DNA of 64,000 nucleotides from Neoechinorhynchus agilis (Eukaryota; Animalia; Acanthocephala): NCBI GenBank assembly GCA_051530055.1, contig CM121341.1, positions 4,876,784 to 4,940,783 of the forward strand, read 5' to 3'. Shown piece by piece: positions 62,927 to 64,000 of this stretch (position 1 is its first letter; each line of letters starts with the position of its first letter). The notes under the pieces were generated by a model. It saw only the letters and a program-made list of their open reading frames with translations, ran no database searches and was not told where the DNA came from. The position numbers and the translations under genes were made by a program.

Positions 62927-64000
62927 TTACTCAAATAAACTCAAGTGAACATTCCAATTAGAAGTTCGGTTAAACTCAAAGTCACACGGAACATTCATTT
63001 TCAACAGGATCTCATTATCTATTGGGAAATTGTGATAGATCACGTTAAAGAATTTTAATGGCTTACCTACAAACTCATCATTATGAAAAAATGGTTGTCT
63101 TGTTCGGAACAAATTCAATGGAATTGCGATCTGTCTCTTCTTAGCTTTTAAGAAATCGAAAAGTAAAACAGGTTTTATGTATAACTTCGGTATTTTGACA
63201 TTTATCAATCTTCCTTGTCGGTTCAAAAGCCCTGATTGAGTTTCAAACCCGGCATTCTGAACATAAAGGTCGACTATTTCAAAATCTAATAAGTTTCTTT
63301 AAGTAGAATTAAGAAATTTAATGACAAAATACGTACATTGTCCATTGTCATCGACGGAATCCATGAATACCAAATCGCATTTGCTATTTCTATCTTCAAA
63401 TTGGGATATTTCTTTAAACTCTTCGGAATCCATATTCAATTCCTTGCTCAATAAATCTCCAAGACTTAATTTTTCTGTCAATGATACATTGTCGTTTATT
63501 TCATTTATAGATTTCCACGCTGATTGGTTATTATTGGCATGTTTAATTAATTTAAAACTGTACGCAATGTGTGATTGAGGGACTTGGTGTCTTAGCCAGT
63601 TAAAGAAATCTCGGACATTCAATAGAAATTTCATTTGGAGACACCTTTTATTTTTTCCATTTATTGAATCCAACAAATAATGCGATCGCTGTTTTAAATG
63701 CGAACGAAATTCCGAAATTTCCATGTTGGGAATTTTAAGTGCTCGACTCCATGATGATTCGAATCCGAGAATTTTCTCAATATTGGACTTATTCAATGCA
63801 TCAAAGAGTTGTTTTCTGATAACGCTAAGTACGCCGTTGAACACTAGAAGTTCTTTAAAAAACAATTGTCGAATTCCTTTAACGTCCATAGTATTCGATT
63901 CCATTCCTTTTACGATTTCTGACTGATGTACGATTATTGAATCAATGTCCAGAAGCAGCTGATTCATATCGATTTCGGCGTTACGTCCAATTTTAGAAAT
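62927..64000 (-). CDS. 3' exons of the divergent dynein heavy chain (possibly the full-length copy); continues beyond the window
   Basis: Copy of 35136-36209. Confidence 0.65.

Larger units (their letters stand above)
38682..64000. repeat. Unit 2 of the duplication, equal to 10891-36209; continues beyond the window
   Basis: Constant +27791 offset with identical ORFs. Confidence 0.97.

Noticed and set aside
38682-64000. Treating unit 2 features as independent evidence
   Set aside because: They are identical copies and may be an assembly duplicate.
1-64000. tRNA, snRNA, telomeric repeats, or a prokaryotic origin of the window
   Set aside because: No cloverleaf, snRNA or telomere motif was seen by eye (tRNAscan-SE/Infernal not run). 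Spliceosomal introns and eukaryotic genes exclude a bacterial contig.

Overview
AT-rich eukaryotic (most likely animal) genomic DNA with a compact gene structure: GT-AG introns of about 43-48 nt. The species cannot be named from the sequence. Positions 1-10.9 kb are single-copy and hold an SLC17-type transporter whose first intron is filled by a ~150-bp satellite, several orphan genes and a BCCIP/BCP1 homologue. From 10891 there is a head-to-tail duplication with a 27,791-bp period (10891-38681, then 38682 to the window end). It appears essentially identical, and its breakpoints cut BCCIP and a very divergent dynein heavy chain gene. Each unit is a mosaic of: three intronless, divergent FoxO-like forkhead ORFs with an altered recognition helix, one of which replaces part of the RT of a CRE-like non-LTR retrotransposon; a co-oriented APE-LINE fragment / 28S rDNA fragment / R2 chimera joined at the canonical R2 site; an intronless YbaY/YscW-like (bacterial-type) gene; a decayed CsRn1-type Ty3/Gypsy element carrying a 404-bp foreign insert with a 12-bp target duplication; and re-used pieces of neighbouring loci. 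All family calls come from motif recognition by eye, not database searches. Boundaries of satellites and decayed elements are approximate.
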